In this document: piece after piece, positions 37,221-47,284 of the stretch | Numbering within the stretch: position 1 is the stretch's first letter | Layout: the number at the start of each line of letters is the position of its first letter | Source of the DNA: Bacillota bacterium | Lineage (GTDB): Bacteria > Bacillota_I > Bacilli_A > RF39 > UBA660 | Assembly (NCBI GenBank): GCA_003524085.1 | Contig: DOEC01000006.1 | Location: 1,146-65,145, forward strand | Length of the DNA: 64,000 nucleotides | Reading direction: 5' to 3' | Notes under the pieces: generated by a model | Database searches by the model: none | The model's input: only the letters and a program-made list of their open reading frames with translations | What the model was told of the DNA's origin: nothing | Made by a program: the position numbers and the translations under genes

Positions 37221-39230
37221 ATGGACAACGTTTTAAGTGAACTAGTGAAAAAACTAGAAAAAGGAGAAAGTGTAAGTAATTTAGTCAGTGAATTTAAAAT
37301 CAGTGAGTTTGAGCTTTTTGGTTATGTAAGAAAGTTAAAGGAAACTGGTATTAATGTTATTAGGACTGAAAAGAATAATGAAGTTAGACTAATAATTAAT
37401 CACCATCCTGATTATACAAAAGAAAATGTATATAATATTAATGTGGACGTAAACTTGAATACTAAGTTTGCTGTTATAAGTGATACTAGATTTGGTTCAA
37501 CAAACGAGCAAATTGCTATTTTAAATGACTTATATAAAAAGTTTTTAGAGTGTGGTGTTACATATGTAATTGTAGCAGGAAATTTACTTGAAGGCGAATA
37601 TAAAAACAACGATGTTTATGAATATGGTAAAAGTTTAATTAGTAATACTAGTATTGGGCAAGCTAATCATTTATTAGAGTTTTATCCTAAGGTAACTGGT
37701 ATTACTACTCTTTTTATTACAGGAAAAACTGACCATACTTGGAGTAAAGAGTTAAATGTTGGAGAATATATTAGTAGTAACAGAGATGATTTAATTTATT
37801 TAGGGCCTAAAAGTGCAACTATTAATTTTAATAAAGTTATGTTTAGGGTTGAGAATTTGAAAAAGCAAGGAGAAAGCTATACTATCGCATATCCACCACA
37901 GAAGTATTCTAGAAGTATGCCTAGTTATGAAGATTATGACGCGATATTTTTAGGTGGCACATTGACTGCACAGGAGTTTCCCACAATTAGAGATACTAAG
38001 ATGTTTGCAATACCTTCTGTAGTTGCTAGAACTCCAAAGATGAGAAATTTAAGTCAACAAAATACTATAGGTGCGTATGTTTTTGATATTAGTTATACTA
38101 AAAATGGAAAATTAAAGAGTATGAAGTCTACACTTATTCCCTACTACGTTCCTAGTAAAGAAAACTATATTACAATAAAGCCTCTTATAATAAGTGATAG
38201 TAAAGATAATGTTAAAGTTAAGCCTGTTAAAGATAATATGACTAGTATGTTAGATAGAATATATAGAAATATTAAGAAGGAAGAGAGTTTTAGTGATTTG
38301 ATGAATAGACTTTCAATTAATGAAAATGAACTTTATGGCGTGATTGACCTACTTCAAGAAAGAGGAAGAGATATTGGTATTAGTGAAATTGATGGGGTTC
38401 TTGTCGTTAGAAAAAATGTTAAAAAAATTAGAAAGACTGAGATAAAGCTACCTAAAGAAGAATTACATAAAAAGGTGTTTCTAGTTGTAAGTGATACGCA
38501 TTACGGAAGTATTTATAGTCAGCCTTCTATGGTAAATACATCTGTTTATGAAGCTTATAACCGTGGAATTACTGATATATTTCATGTTGGAGATATTACT
38601 GATGGAGATTATAGTAGAATTAGGCCAATACATAATTATGAAGTGTTTTTATATGGTGCGACTGGACAGCTTGAGTACACCTTAAATACTTTGCCTAAGT
38701 TTCCTGGAATGAAGTGGCACATTATTACTGGAAGTCATGATCAAACTCACCTATTTAATTATGGAGTCGATATTGGAAAAGAATTAGAAAAAAGAAGAGA
38801 CGATATTGAGTTTCTTGGGCAAGACAGAGGCTTTTATTATTTTGACAACTGCAAGATGGAGCTATTTCATCCAGGTGGTGGGACAAGCAGAATACTTTCT
38901 ACAAAGCCACAGAACGGAATTGATCAGATACCAAGTCATACTAAACCTAAAATCAGTTTAAGAGGACATTACCACAAGTCTTATTATATGTTTTATAGAA
39001 ATGTTCACACTTTCTTGTGTCCATGTAATGTTGATACATCTTCATTTATGATGAAAAATGAGATACCTAATTTGATGGGAAATTATTTCATTACTATTTG
39101 GTATGACGATAATGGAGATATTGAATATTTAGAAACTGAACCTATGATTTTTACTAATGAAGATGTGACTTACAGAGATTTTGAAAATCCTAAAAAGTTT
39201 ATAAAAAGCAAAATTAATAAAAAAATTTAA
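37221..39230 (+). CDS. Internally duplicated protein: two tandem modules, each an HTH-like domain followed by a calcineurin-like metallophosphatase domain
   Basis: Module 1 has VISDTRFGS...VIVAGNLLEG. Module 2 has LVVSDTHYGS...FHVGDITDGD. Each is preceded by a similar roughly 70-aa helical segment. Confidence 0.65.
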   Translation: MDNVLSELVKKLEKGESVSNLVSEFKISEFELFGYVRKLKETGINVIRTEKNNEVRLIINHHPDYTKENVYNINVDVNLNTKFAVISDTRFGSTNEQIAILNDLYKKFLECGVTYVIVAGNLLEGEYKNNDVYEYGKSLISNTSIGQANHLLEFYPKVTGITTLFITGKTDHTWSKELNVGEYISSNRDDLIYLGPKSATINFNKVMFRVENLKKQGESYTIAYPPQKYSRSMPSYEDYDAIFLGGTLTAQEFPTIRDTKMFAIPSVVARTPKMRNLSQQNTIGAYVFDISYTKNGKLKSMKSTLIPYYVPSKENYITIKPLIISDSKDNVKVKPVKDNMTSMLDRIYRNIKKEESFSDLMNRLSINENELYGVIDLLQERGRDIGISEIDGVLVVRKNVKKIRKTEIKLPKEELHKKVFLVVSDTHYGSIYSQPSMVNTSVYEAYNRGITDIFHVGDITDGDYSRIRPIHNYEVFLYGATGQLEYTLNTLPKFPGMKWHIITGSHDQTHLFNYGVDIGKELEKRRDDIEFLGQDRGFYYFDNCKMELFHPGGGTSRILSTKPQNGIDQIPSHTKPKISLRGHYHKSYYMFYRNVHTFLCPCNVDTSSFMMKNEIPNLMGNYFITIWYDDNGDIEYLETEPMIFTNEDVTYRDFENPKKFIKSKINKKI

Positions 39231-39310
39231 AAAATATTATAAAAAGTATTGACATAGGCACTAATTTTATGGTACACTTTTAATGCTTGATTTAATCAAG
39301 TGCCTACCGT

Positions 39311-39387
39311 GGGGAATTAGCTCAGTTGGCTAGAGCACCTGCCTTGCACGCAGGGGGTCGCGGGTTCAAGTCCCACATTCTCCACCA
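39311..39387 (+). tRNA. tRNA-Ala (UGC)
   Basis: A cloverleaf can be drawn by eye. The anticodon loop is CUUGCAC, the G3:U70 Ala identity pair is present, the CCA is encoded and there is one T-stem mismatch. Confidence 0.85.
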
Positions 39388-39395
39388 AATATATC

Positions 39396-39430
39396 TATAG
39401 AAGTCCTTTTTTCTAAGGACTTTTTTTGTT
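39396..39430 (+). terminator. Rho-independent terminator after tRNA-Ala
   Basis: AGTCCTT-ttttct-AAGGACT followed by TTTTTTT. Confidence 0.5.
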
Positions 39431-39504
39431 ATACTACTAGTGAAGTGTTAATTAATTTAGTTAAAGATACAAAAGACGTTAAAGTAAAAACTATGAGACT
39501 TTGA

Positions 39505-39540
39505 TGTCTTTTTTTAAAGAAAAAAAAGAACTATTTGGTT
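39505..39540 (-). terminator. Rho-independent terminator after yvcK
   Basis: AAGAAC-tatttg-GTTCTT preceded by an A-run on the plus strand, which is a T-run on the minus strand. Confidence 0.4.
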
Positions 39541-39544
39541 CTTC

Positions 39545-40489
39545 TTAGTATTTAAAGACTTCTACAAATATGTTAAAAGCTACTTTAAGAGCGTCATGTC
39601 TTACCATGCCATTATCTATTATAAAATAGTTGTCTTCTATTACAGTGATGTCTTTTAAGTTTTCTTTATCTAGTAAGACTTGGTCTTTTTGTTCACTAGT
39701 TTGATATTTTTCTAATATATTTTTATCTATCTTTTTATTGTTTGCAAGTACTACGTCTACTTTTCTTTTGCCTAAGTATGAGTTTAATAAATTTACGTGG
39801 TCGCTTACTTTAAAGTTATCTGTTTCGCCTGGTTGAGTAACCATGTTTGATACGTATATTATTTTGGCATTTGACTCGTCTATTGCGTCTATGATTTCTT
39901 TGTTTATTAAATTTGGTATGATACTTGTAAATATGCTACCCATGCTTAGTATGATGGCGTCTGCATTTTTAATTACTTTTATTGCTTCAGGTGTTATTAC
40001 TGGTGCTTCCTTATAGAAAACTTTTTTTATTTTCTTTGGACTTAGAGATATTTCTTTTTCGCCTTCAACAATTGTTTTATCTTTCATCTCTGCCATTAAT
40101 GTAACGTTATCTTCTGTTAATGGAACAACTTTTCCTTTCAAGTTAAATACTTTTGATAAAGCTTCTATTCCATCACTTAAATTGCCAGTTATTTCTTTTG
40201 CAGCTGTTAATATTAAATTCCCTACTGCGTGACCATTTAAATCGCTATATGTGCTGAACCTGTAATTAAATAGTTTTTCTACGAGTGGCTCAGTTTCACT
40301 TAGTGAAATTAATACTCTTCTAATGTCGCCTACTGCTGGCGTTTTAAATTCTTCTCTTAATTTACCAGTTGAAGAACCATTATCGCATACACTTACTATT
40401 GCAGTTATGTCTAACGGAAATTTTTTAAGGCCCTGTAAAAGTACAGAAAGGCCTGTTCCTCCACCTAGTACTACTACTTTTTTATTCAT
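39545..40489 (-). CDS. yvcK: Gluconeogenesis factor / YvcK (CofD-like, UPF0052) family protein
   Basis: The N-terminus is VVLGGGTGLSVLLQGLK and the family size is typical. Confidence 0.85.
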   Translation of the reverse strand: MNKKVVVLGGGTGLSVLLQGLKKFPLDITAIVSVCDNGSSTGKLREEFKTPAVGDIRRVLISLSETEPLVEKLFNYRFSTYSDLNGHAVGNLILTAAKEITGNLSDGIEALSKVFNLKGKVVPLTEDNVTLMAEMKDKTIVEGEKEISLSPKKIKKVFYKEAPVITPEAIKVIKNADAIILSMGSIFTSIIPNLINKEIIDAIDESNAKIIYVSNMVTQPGETDNFKVSDHVNLLNSYLGKRKVDVVLANNKKIDKNILEKYQTSEQKDQVLLDKENLKDITVIEDNYFIIDNGMVRHDALKVAFNIFVEVFKY

Positions 40490-41443
40490 TTATCCCCCAT
40501 AATTAATATAATATTCATAATATTCATCAAATGTTATATTCTCATTATGTATAATTCTTGCAGCATTTGAGCCAACATATCTTAGTCTCCATGCATCATA
40601 TGAGAATCCTGTTATGTTTTCTTTATCCTTTGGATATCTTAAAATAAAGCCATATTTGTAAGCATTTTCCAAAATCCATGTGTGTTCTGGACTGTTTTCC
40701 ATGTCTGAGCCTTCTGTATAAAGTGGCTTTACTACAACACTTAGACCAGTTTGATATTCTGAGTGACCAGGACGTGCTGCAACTTTATCGGCATAGTCTA
40801 CACCACTACTTGCTTCAATATCATTATATGCTTCTTCTTGATCAGCATAACTTCTATATCCTTGACTTACTACTAAATTATATCCACTTTCTTTAGCAGC
40901 GTCTAGCATATTTGTAAGACTATCATACATCATTTTACTTACTTGTTTTCCTTCATATGCATAGCTTAAACTAACGTCTACTAAATCACTTGGCACGTAG
41001 GTTTCTGATAGCTTGTAAAATTTATTTACTAACATCAATTCTCCTTTTGAAGTGTCTGTATCTGCTATACTTTTGTACCAGCCTAAAGATGCTTTTGTGT
41101 TTACTTTAGCTACTATATCAGTTAAATTACCATTATTTTCATTTATATAATCCAAGTATTTATCTAAGTTTGCAAATATAAACTTTTTTTCTTTCATTAG
41201 TTTTGTTATGTTTACATTGTATTTATGATTTAGTAATGTGTTAATCTCGTCTTCTTTTAAAGTCTTAATGTATTCTATTTCATTATCAGAATAGCCTACT
41301 TCGCCCAGTTTGTATTCTATGGTTTTTCTCAAATTGCTTTCATCTATTAAAGATTTAATACCTATTATAACTACTACCAAAATTACTACAACAATACCTA
41401 CAAATACTCCTAATTTTTTAACATTTAATTTTTTCTTTGTCAA
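40490..41443 (-). CDS. Membrane-anchored D-alanyl-D-alanine carboxypeptidase (VanY / M15B family)
   Basis: It has an N-terminal TM and M15-like SxGYRS (SQGYRSYADQ) and H..E (PGHSEYQTG) blocks. Confidence 0.65.
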   Translation of the reverse strand: MTKKKLNVKKLGVFVGIVVVILVVVIIGIKSLIDESNLRKTIEYKLGEVGYSDNEIEYIKTLKEDEINTLLNHKYNVNITKLMKEKKFIFANLDKYLDYINENNGNLTDIVAKVNTKASLGWYKSIADTDTSKGELMLVNKFYKLSETYVPSDLVDVSLSYAYEGKQVSKMMYDSLTNMLDAAKESGYNLVVSQGYRSYADQEEAYNDIEASSGVDYADKVAARPGHSEYQTGLSVVVKPLYTEGSDMENSPEHTWILENAYKYGFILRYPKDKENITGFSYDAWRLRYVGSNAARIIHNENITFDEYYEYYINYGG

Positions 41444-41513
41444 ATCTTATCACCTTAAGTATATTATACAAAAAAACTTCAAATTTCTCAATATTAAAAG
41501 AAGACTTTTTAAA

Positions 41514-42242
41514 CTAAGTTGTTAAAATTAGGTCTTTTAATTTTTTTAGTTTATCTTTGTCTTCTTTTGATACTCTAAATGAGTCATTCACTTTGCTTGT
41601 TGCTTTTCTTACAATAAAATCCGGTAATTTAGTGTTTTTTATAAATTCGTAAGTGTCACTTGTAAACTTTACGTATAGTTCACAAAGTAGCCACGATATT
41701 GCCATGTCTACGTAATAAGCATGTGTTGTCTCTTTTTTTATTAAATCAAATATGACGCTTAAATTTTCTTTTTTTAAATAATGGTCTAATATTATAACGT
41801 AGCCAAATCTTTTTGTAAATTCATGAGAACTTTTTAGAAAATTGAATGAATATTCAATAGTTGTGTTATCTAATATTTTTGAAGAATTGCTAATCATGTC
41901 AGTAAAGCTCCACGAGTCCATTTTCTTTGTATAATTCTTTATGTATTTGGTATACTCTTTTAAATCTGACATGTTTGAAATCACTAATCCTGACAAAATT
42001 TGTACTTCATATATATTAGAACTATTTGCAAAAGTTATGAAATCCAAGTAATTAGTTTTCATTATTTCCTTTGAAATTTTTTTCAAAACTGGAATACGCA
42101 AACCTAGAGTTTTGTAACTGGTATTAATTATTTTATCGTTAAAGTTTTTGTATTTTTCATCACTCAATGTTTGTAAATAATTGGTTAACTCAAGAAAGGT
42201 TTGTTCCTTCCATTCATTACACATTAATATTGTATTCCCCAT
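41514..42242 (-). CDS. DNA alkylation repair protein (AlkC/AlkD HEAT-repeat family)
   Basis: It is about 240 aa with a composition and pattern typical of DNA_alkylation proteins. This is a moderate call. Confidence 0.6.
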   Translation of the reverse strand: MGNTILMCNEWKEQTFLELTNYLQTLSDEKYKNFNDKIINTSYKTLGLRIPVLKKISKEIMKTNYLDFITFANSSNIYEVQILSGLVISNMSDLKEYTKYIKNYTKKMDSWSFTDMISNSSKILDNTTIEYSFNFLKSSHEFTKRFGYVIILDHYLKKENLSVIFDLIKKETTHAYYVDMAISWLLCELYVKFTSDTYEFIKNTKLPDFIVRKATSKVNDSFRVSKEDKDKLKKLKDLILTT

Positions 42243-43645
42243 ACCACTACTTCTTTAGCTGGTCTACCACATATTGCACATTTTCCTGTTATTTTTTCTT
42301 CATTTTCAAGTATGCATCTAGATTTTATGCCTGTTTTGTCCTTTAGTTTAATTTCACATTCAGTATTTCCACACCAGTCTGCTTTTATAAACCCCGGATG
42401 TTGTTTAATAATTGATGACATTTCATCCATATTTGTAGCAGTGTATGTTAGTGTATTCATTCTTTCTAGAGCTTTTTTGTATAAGTTATTTTGAATGTCT
42501 TCTAATAAAAATTCTATTTTGTTTAAAAGTTCTTCTATTTTTACTGTTATTTTTTCTCTACTATCTCTTCTTACTAATGTGACTTCGTTATTTTCTAGAT
42601 CTCTTGTACCCATTTCTATTCTAATAGGTGTGCCATTAACTTCACTTTCGGCAAATTTGAAACCTGGTGATTTTTCTGAGTCATCCACTCTAAATGTTAT
42701 GTTATTTTCTTTTAATTTAGTTTTTATTATTTCTAGAGCACTACTTACAGAAATGTCACTGCCAATCGGAATTATATCAACTTTTATTGGAGCTACTTTT
42801 GGTGGAAGAACAAGTCCATAATCATCTCCGTGTACCATAATAACTGCACCTATCATTCTATTTGATGAACCCCAAGAAGTTTGATATGCATATTCATAGT
42901 TGTTGTCTTTATTTAAGAATTTTATGTCGTAAGCTTTGCTAAATTTTTGTCCAAAATAATGTGACGTTCCACTTTGAAGGCATATTCCATTATACATTAA
43001 CGCTTCAATTGTTAAAGTGTATTCTGCACCTGCAAATTTTTCTTTTTCTGTTTTTCTTCCTGACATAACTGGTACTGCTAGATAGTCAGTAAAGAACTTT
43101 TTATAGATATTTAGCATATCGTGTGTTTCTTTTTCAGCTTCTATTTGTGTTGCATGTACTGTGTGACCTTCTTGCCAAAAAAATTCTCTACTTCTTAAAA
43201 ATGGCCTTGTTTCCTTTTCCCATCTTACTACACTGCACCATTGATTGTATTTAAGTGGTAAATCTCTATATGATTTTACTACATCGTGGTAGTAATCGCT
43301 AAATAACGTCTCACTTGTTGGGCGAACAGCTAATTTTTCTTCAAGTGGTTTCGAACCACCTATTGTTACCCAGGCTACTTCTGGTGCAAAACCTTCTACT
43401 AACTCGCCTTCCTTTTTTAGTAAGTTTTCTGGTATAAACATTGGCATCATGACATTTTTATGTCCAGTTTCTTTAAACATTTTATCCATGTTTTCTTTAA
43501 TACTTTCCCATAAAGCACATCCATTTGGTTCAAAAATTGTGCAACCTTTCACATTTGAATATCTTGCTAAATGAGCTGCGTTAACTACATCTGTGTACCA
43601 AGCTGCAAAGTCAACATCTCTACTTGTTATTTTGTTATTTTTCAT
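42224..43645 (-). CDS. proS: Proline--tRNA ligase (archaeal/eukaryotic-like class II ProRS)
   Basis: Class II motifs are present and a C-terminal zinc-binding Cys cluster is seen. Start was chosen at MKNNKITSRD with an AGGAGG RBS. Confidence 0.9.
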   Translation of the reverse strand: MKNNKITSRDVDFAAWYTDVVNAAHLARYSNVKGCTIFEPNGCALWESIKENMDKMFKETGHKNVMMPMFIPENLLKKEGELVEGFAPEVAWVTIGGSKPLEEKLAVRPTSETLFSDYYHDVVKSYRDLPLKYNQWCSVVRWEKETRPFLRSREFFWQEGHTVHATQIEAEKETHDMLNIYKKFFTDYLAVPVMSGRKTEKEKFAGAEYTLTIEALMYNGICLQSGTSHYFGQKFSKAYDIKFLNKDNNYEYAYQTSWGSSNRMIGAVIMVHGDDYGLVLPPKVAPIKVDIIPIGSDISVSSALEIIKTKLKENNITFRVDDSEKSPGFKFAESEVNGTPIRIEMGTRDLENNEVTLVRRDSREKITVKIEELLNKIEFLLEDIQNNLYKKALERMNTLTYTATNMDEMSSIIKQHPGFIKADWCGNTECEIKLKDKTGIKSRCILENEEKITGKCAICGRPAKEVVVWGIQY

Positions 43646-43654
43646 AAAATCTTT

Positions 43655-43850
43655 CCTCCTAAAATAAAAAGGACAGCATAAGGAGTGCAAAAGTGCACGG
43701 TGCCATCCCTTGTTTTTCTTTATTATTTATAACGGTTTTTAGCCGGGAATACTTTTATATTCCACTTTAGAAAGTAGGAAAATTTATTCTTATTATTAGT
43801 TTTCACCAAACACTAACTCTCTATAAATAAAAAGATAAATTCATTCTTTC
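43655..43850 (-). promoter_or_regulatory. T-box riboswitch leader of proS (candidate Pro specifier CCU)
   Basis: On the minus strand there is an AGAGAG stem-I element and a CCU-A candidate specifier. The T-box sequence AAGGGATGGCACCGTG is followed by a GTGCA-cttt-TGCAC hairpin and a U-run. Confidence 0.55.
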
Positions 43851-43876
43851 ATCACAAGTTTTACATTGTTATTTTA

Positions 43877-44641
43877 TCATTTTTTTCTTAAAGTTGCAAC
43901 ATAATTGTATGAGTTTGTGTCCTGAACAGCGTCAACTTTATCAATAATATAGCCGTTTTCTTTAAAACCAGTGAAAAAGTCACTGTATTCATGCCACACA
44001 TAGTTTGCCTGAACTTCGCCAGTTTCGTTTAAATGTGTAAAAACATTCTTCATAATTTCGTTGTACTTCGTCACATCTATTCCTAAAAATGAATAAATAT
44101 TTGACAATAAGATTAAATCATAGTCATTAGTTATTTCATTTAATATATTTGGAAATACTCCTATAATGAAGTTTGGAAGTGGCTTGATGTGCAATAGTTC
44201 TTTTAACTCATTGTAGTTATTTTTATCTAAATAAGGTATTACTCTTCCAGACATAGTGTTTACTTTATTGTTAAATCCGATTACAATATATGTTAGTTTG
44301 TTAAGTCCACGCTTGTAAGCAAAATCAAAGAAAGTTTTTACATCTTTTGGTAAATGTTTTCTTAGTTTTTGATATATAGCTTTGTTTTTCATATTTGATT
44401 TAATAAAAAATTCTACAAATTCTTCATATGTCAAAACTTTAATTGCAATGTATTTAAAAATTAAATAGTACTTTGAAGGAGCGAACATATCAAAACAGGT
44501 AACTTCTTCTGCTCCATATAAAATGCTTGAAAAATACTGATCTCCACTGCCTATTACACTCAAGACTTTCTTGTTTTTGAAATCGTATAAATCTTGATAA
44601 CTCGTTAAGTTTTCGTTACTAAATCTATATAATTTATTCAT
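43877..44641 (-). CDS. Hypothetical protein (possible Rossmann-like SAM methyltransferase, weak)
   Basis: ORF only. VLSVIGSGDQ is weakly motif-I-like. Confidence 0.35.
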   Translation of the reverse strand: MNKLYRFSNENLTSYQDLYDFKNKKVLSVIGSGDQYFSSILYGAEEVTCFDMFAPSKYYLIFKYIAIKVLTYEEFVEFFIKSNMKNKAIYQKLRKHLPKDVKTFFDFAYKRGLNKLTYIVIGFNNKVNTMSGRVIPYLDKNNYNELKELLHIKPLPNFIIGVFPNILNEITNDYDLILLSNIYSFLGIDVTKYNEIMKNVFTHLNETGEVQANYVWHEYSDFFTGFKENGYIIDKVDAVQDTNSYNYVATLRKK

Positions 44642-44656
44642 ACCAAGACCCCATTT

Positions 44657-45145
44657 TTATTTTCTGACTGCATTTTTTTGAAATTCAGGAAATTTGTCAT
44701 AGTCTAATTTGTTTATTATTTCTATTGTTGGCTTTTTATTAGAATATGAACTAAACCTTGTATAGTTACCATCCTCATATGAAAAACTTATAATTTCGCC
44801 TAATTCTGTTGTGGTTGTAATGTTGTTGTACCTCGTTATATTAAACAATAATATCACTTCACCATTTTTAAATTTTATAGTTCCAGTGATATCTCTATTT
44901 TCTATGATTTCTCCATCTGTTACATAATATATGCCACTTATATACCCATATTCTTTTCCTTCAGGTGTAACTTGTAAACCCATTAGCACACTTTTGACAG
45001 GTTTACTACTAATTTTTAATTCAGTGTCTGTAAACTCTTTACTGTTTAAAATAACGCGTATTATATTGTTCAAATCAAGTCCACTATTTATGTTGTCTTT
45101 GCTAAAGCAAAAGAAATTTTCAAACAAAATATTATATTCATTCAT
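44657..45145 (-). CDS. Hypothetical protein
   Basis: ORF only. Confidence 0.35.
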   Translation of the reverse strand: MNEYNILFENFFCFSKDNINSGLDLNNIIRVILNSKEFTDTELKISSKPVKSVLMGLQVTPEGKEYGYISGIYYVTDGEIIENRDITGTIKFKNGEVILLFNITRYNNITTTTELGEIISFSYEDGNYTRFSSYSNKKPTIEIINKLDYDKFPEFQKNAVRK

Positions 45146-45278
45146 TTTAACTCCCCCTCAATCAAAATAATTATACCATATTTGGTACAAAAAAGTCAAA
45201 TTTTAAATTAAATTATTAATAAGTAAAAACATTTTAACTATTGGTTATTTAAATAAAAGTCTTATTTATAAACATTCA

Positions 45279-46043
45279 CTAATGAGTTTTTTTGGTTTTC
45301 TGCTTTTCTTTAAAGCCTTTAATATCATTTTCTGGAGATACCCATTTGACACATACTTCATATCTGTCTTTTGTCTTATTTTCAGTTGTTAAACATCTCT
45401 TTTTAGGGCCAATTGTTAAACAAGAAATATGAGGAGTTTTATAATTCAAACATTTTTTATCTAAAAATAAATCATATAAATCATATTTGTTAATCCAAAC
45501 ATATTTGTCAGGTGTTCCACAAATTAAAGCATCAATATCGTATTTTGAATTTCTTCCTCTTATAACAAATCTATCAACCATTTCTATTATTATTTTCGTC
45601 TTATTAATATATTTGTTAAATATATCTACTTCGTCTTGATATAATAGGCGATAATCTTCAGAACTTAATTTTTTACTGTAATCACGAGTTCCATCACTAT
45701 TTCTTCTATAGCCATAATGAAAACTTAAATAATAATCTATCACTTTGTATGGGATATTTAAATTAATCAAAAACCTTTCAAACTCTTTAACTGGTTCTTG
45801 ACTAACTGAATTATAATGTCCTGATTTTATGCTAATACCTTTAGTATATTTTTTAAATTGAATAAATATATCAGCTTTCTGAAGTTTTTTGTTTTTATAG
45901 CAAATTATTGGTTCACTATTATCAATGGTGCCATCAAATATATTGGTTAAGAATTCTTGAGTGTTAGAATCAAATTCATATAAATATTTTTTATTAAAAA
46001 AATTTACAAAATCTCTTTCGTTTTTAAAACCATTATTGCGCAT
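45279..46043 (-). CDS. Hypothetical protein
   Basis: ORF only. Confidence 0.35.
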   Translation of the reverse strand: MRNNGFKNERDFVNFFNKKYLYEFDSNTQEFLTNIFDGTIDNSEPIICYKNKKLQKADIFIQFKKYTKGISIKSGHYNSVSQEPVKEFERFLINLNIPYKVIDYYLSFHYGYRRNSDGTRDYSKKLSSEDYRLLYQDEVDIFNKYINKTKIIIEMVDRFVIRGRNSKYDIDALICGTPDKYVWINKYDLYDLFLDKKCLNYKTPHISCLTIGPKKRCLTTENKTKDRYEVCVKWVSPENDIKGFKEKQKTKKTH

Positions 46044-46130
46044 TCAACACCTCCTTTATAAATTGAAAATCAATACCTAAATAGAACCTAAAAAAATAAA
46101 ACCCCGTAAACATGGAGTTAAATTACTAAA

Positions 46131-46207
46131 TGGTCGGGAAGACAGGATTTGAACCTGCAACCACTCGGTCCCAAACCGAGTGCTCTACCAAGTTGAGCCA
46201 CTTCCCG
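46131..46207 (-). tRNA. tRNA-Pro (UGG)
   Basis: A cloverleaf can be drawn by eye. The anticodon loop is UUUGGGA and the CCA is encoded. Confidence 0.85.
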
Positions 46208-46212
46208 ATAAA

Positions 46213-46289
46213 TGGCGTCCCCAAGAGGAGTCGAACCCCTAACCTTTTGATCCGTAGTCAAACGCTCTATCCAGTTGAGCTATGAGGAC
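46213..46289 (-). tRNA. tRNA-Arg (ACG)
   Basis: The anticodon stem-loop UUUGA-CUACGGA-UCAAA is identical to B. subtilis tRNA-Arg(ACG). The CCA is encoded. Confidence 0.85.
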
Positions 46290-46332
46290 AGCCTGTCCAA
46301 AATATATATAAGCTCCGGCTGGCTTTTAAAAA

Positions 46333-46408
46333 TGGTGGCTTCAGTTGGAATCGAACCAACGACACCAAGATTTTCAGTCTTGTGCTCTGCCAACTGAGCT
46401 ATGAAGCC
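46333..46408 (-). tRNA. tRNA-Phe (GAA)
   Basis: The anticodon loop is CUGAAAA and the 5' end is GGCUUCAUAGCUCAGUUGG. Confidence 0.85.
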
Positions 46409-46412
46409 ACAA

Positions 46413-46488
46413 TGGCGGTTCCGACGGGAATTGAACCCGCGATCCCTCGCGTGACAGGCGAGTGTGATAACCGCTACACCACGGAACC
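46413..46488 (-). tRNA. tRNA-Asp (GUC)
   Basis: The anticodon loop is CUGUCAC. Confidence 0.85.
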
Positions 46489-46495
46489 TTATTTT

Positions 46496-46572
<77 letters not shown>

Positions 46573-46590
46573 ATGTTAGTTTTTTAATTT

Positions 46591-46683
46591 TGGCGGAGGA
46601 AAAGGGATTTGAACCCCTGCGCCGCTTTCACGACCTCCTGGTTTTCAAGACCAGTCCCTTCAGCCAGACTTGGGTATTCCTCC
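46591..46683 (-). tRNA. tRNA-Ser (UGA)
   Basis: It has a long variable arm and the anticodon loop CUUGAAA. The acceptor is GGAGGAA/UUCCUCC. Confidence 0.85.
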
Positions 46684-46690
46684 AACAAGA

Positions 46691-46779
46691 TGGTGCCTCG
46701 GGCCGGACTTGAACCGGCACGGTATTTAACTACCGAGGGATTTTAAGTCCCTTGCGTCTACCAATTTCGCCACCGAGGC
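46691..46779 (-). tRNA. tRNA-Leu (UAA)
   Basis: It has a long variable arm and the anticodon loop CUUAAAA. Confidence 0.85.
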
Positions 46780-46803
46780 GTGTCACAATTTTTTATTAAA
46801 AAA

Positions 46804-46879
46804 TGGTGACCCGCTGGAGATTCGAACTCCAGACCCCTTGATTAAAAGTCAAGTGCTCTACCGGCTGAGCTAGCGGGTC
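46804..46879 (-). tRNA. tRNA-Lys (UUU)
   Basis: The anticodon loop is CUUUUAA. Confidence 0.85.
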
Positions 46880-46891
46880 AATATTATAAAT

Positions 46892-46967
46892 TGGTTGCCT
46901 CGGCGGGATTCGAACCAGCGAAATGCACGAGTCAAAGTCGTGTGCCTTACCACTTGGCTACGAGGCA
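46892..46967 (-). tRNA. tRNA-Gln (UUG)
   Basis: The anticodon loop is CUUUGAC and U1:A72 is present. Confidence 0.8.
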
Positions 46968-46974
46968 ATCTAAG

Positions 46975-47058
46975 TGGTGGAGAGACATGGATTCGAACCA
47001 TGGAACCCGAAGGAACAGATTTACAGTCTGCCGCGTTTAGCCTCTTCGCTATCTCTCC
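46975..47058 (-). tRNA. tRNA-Tyr (GUA)
   Basis: The anticodon loop is CUGUAAA and the variable arm is extended. Confidence 0.8.
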
Positions 47059-47065
47059 AAAAAAA

Positions 47066-47141
<76 letters not shown>

Positions 47142-47147
47142 AAATTA

Positions 47148-47224
47148 TGGTGGGCGACGAGAGACTCGAACTCCCGACCTCCTGCTTGTAAGGCAGATGC
47201 TCTAACCAACTGAGCTAGTCGCCC
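47148..47224 (-). tRNA. tRNA-Val (UAC)
   Basis: The anticodon loop is CUUACAA. Confidence 0.85.
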
Positions 47225-47284
47225 ATGTCACTGCTGACATGATTAAGTGTACCATTTTATTTTTAATATGTCAACATTTTTTCG

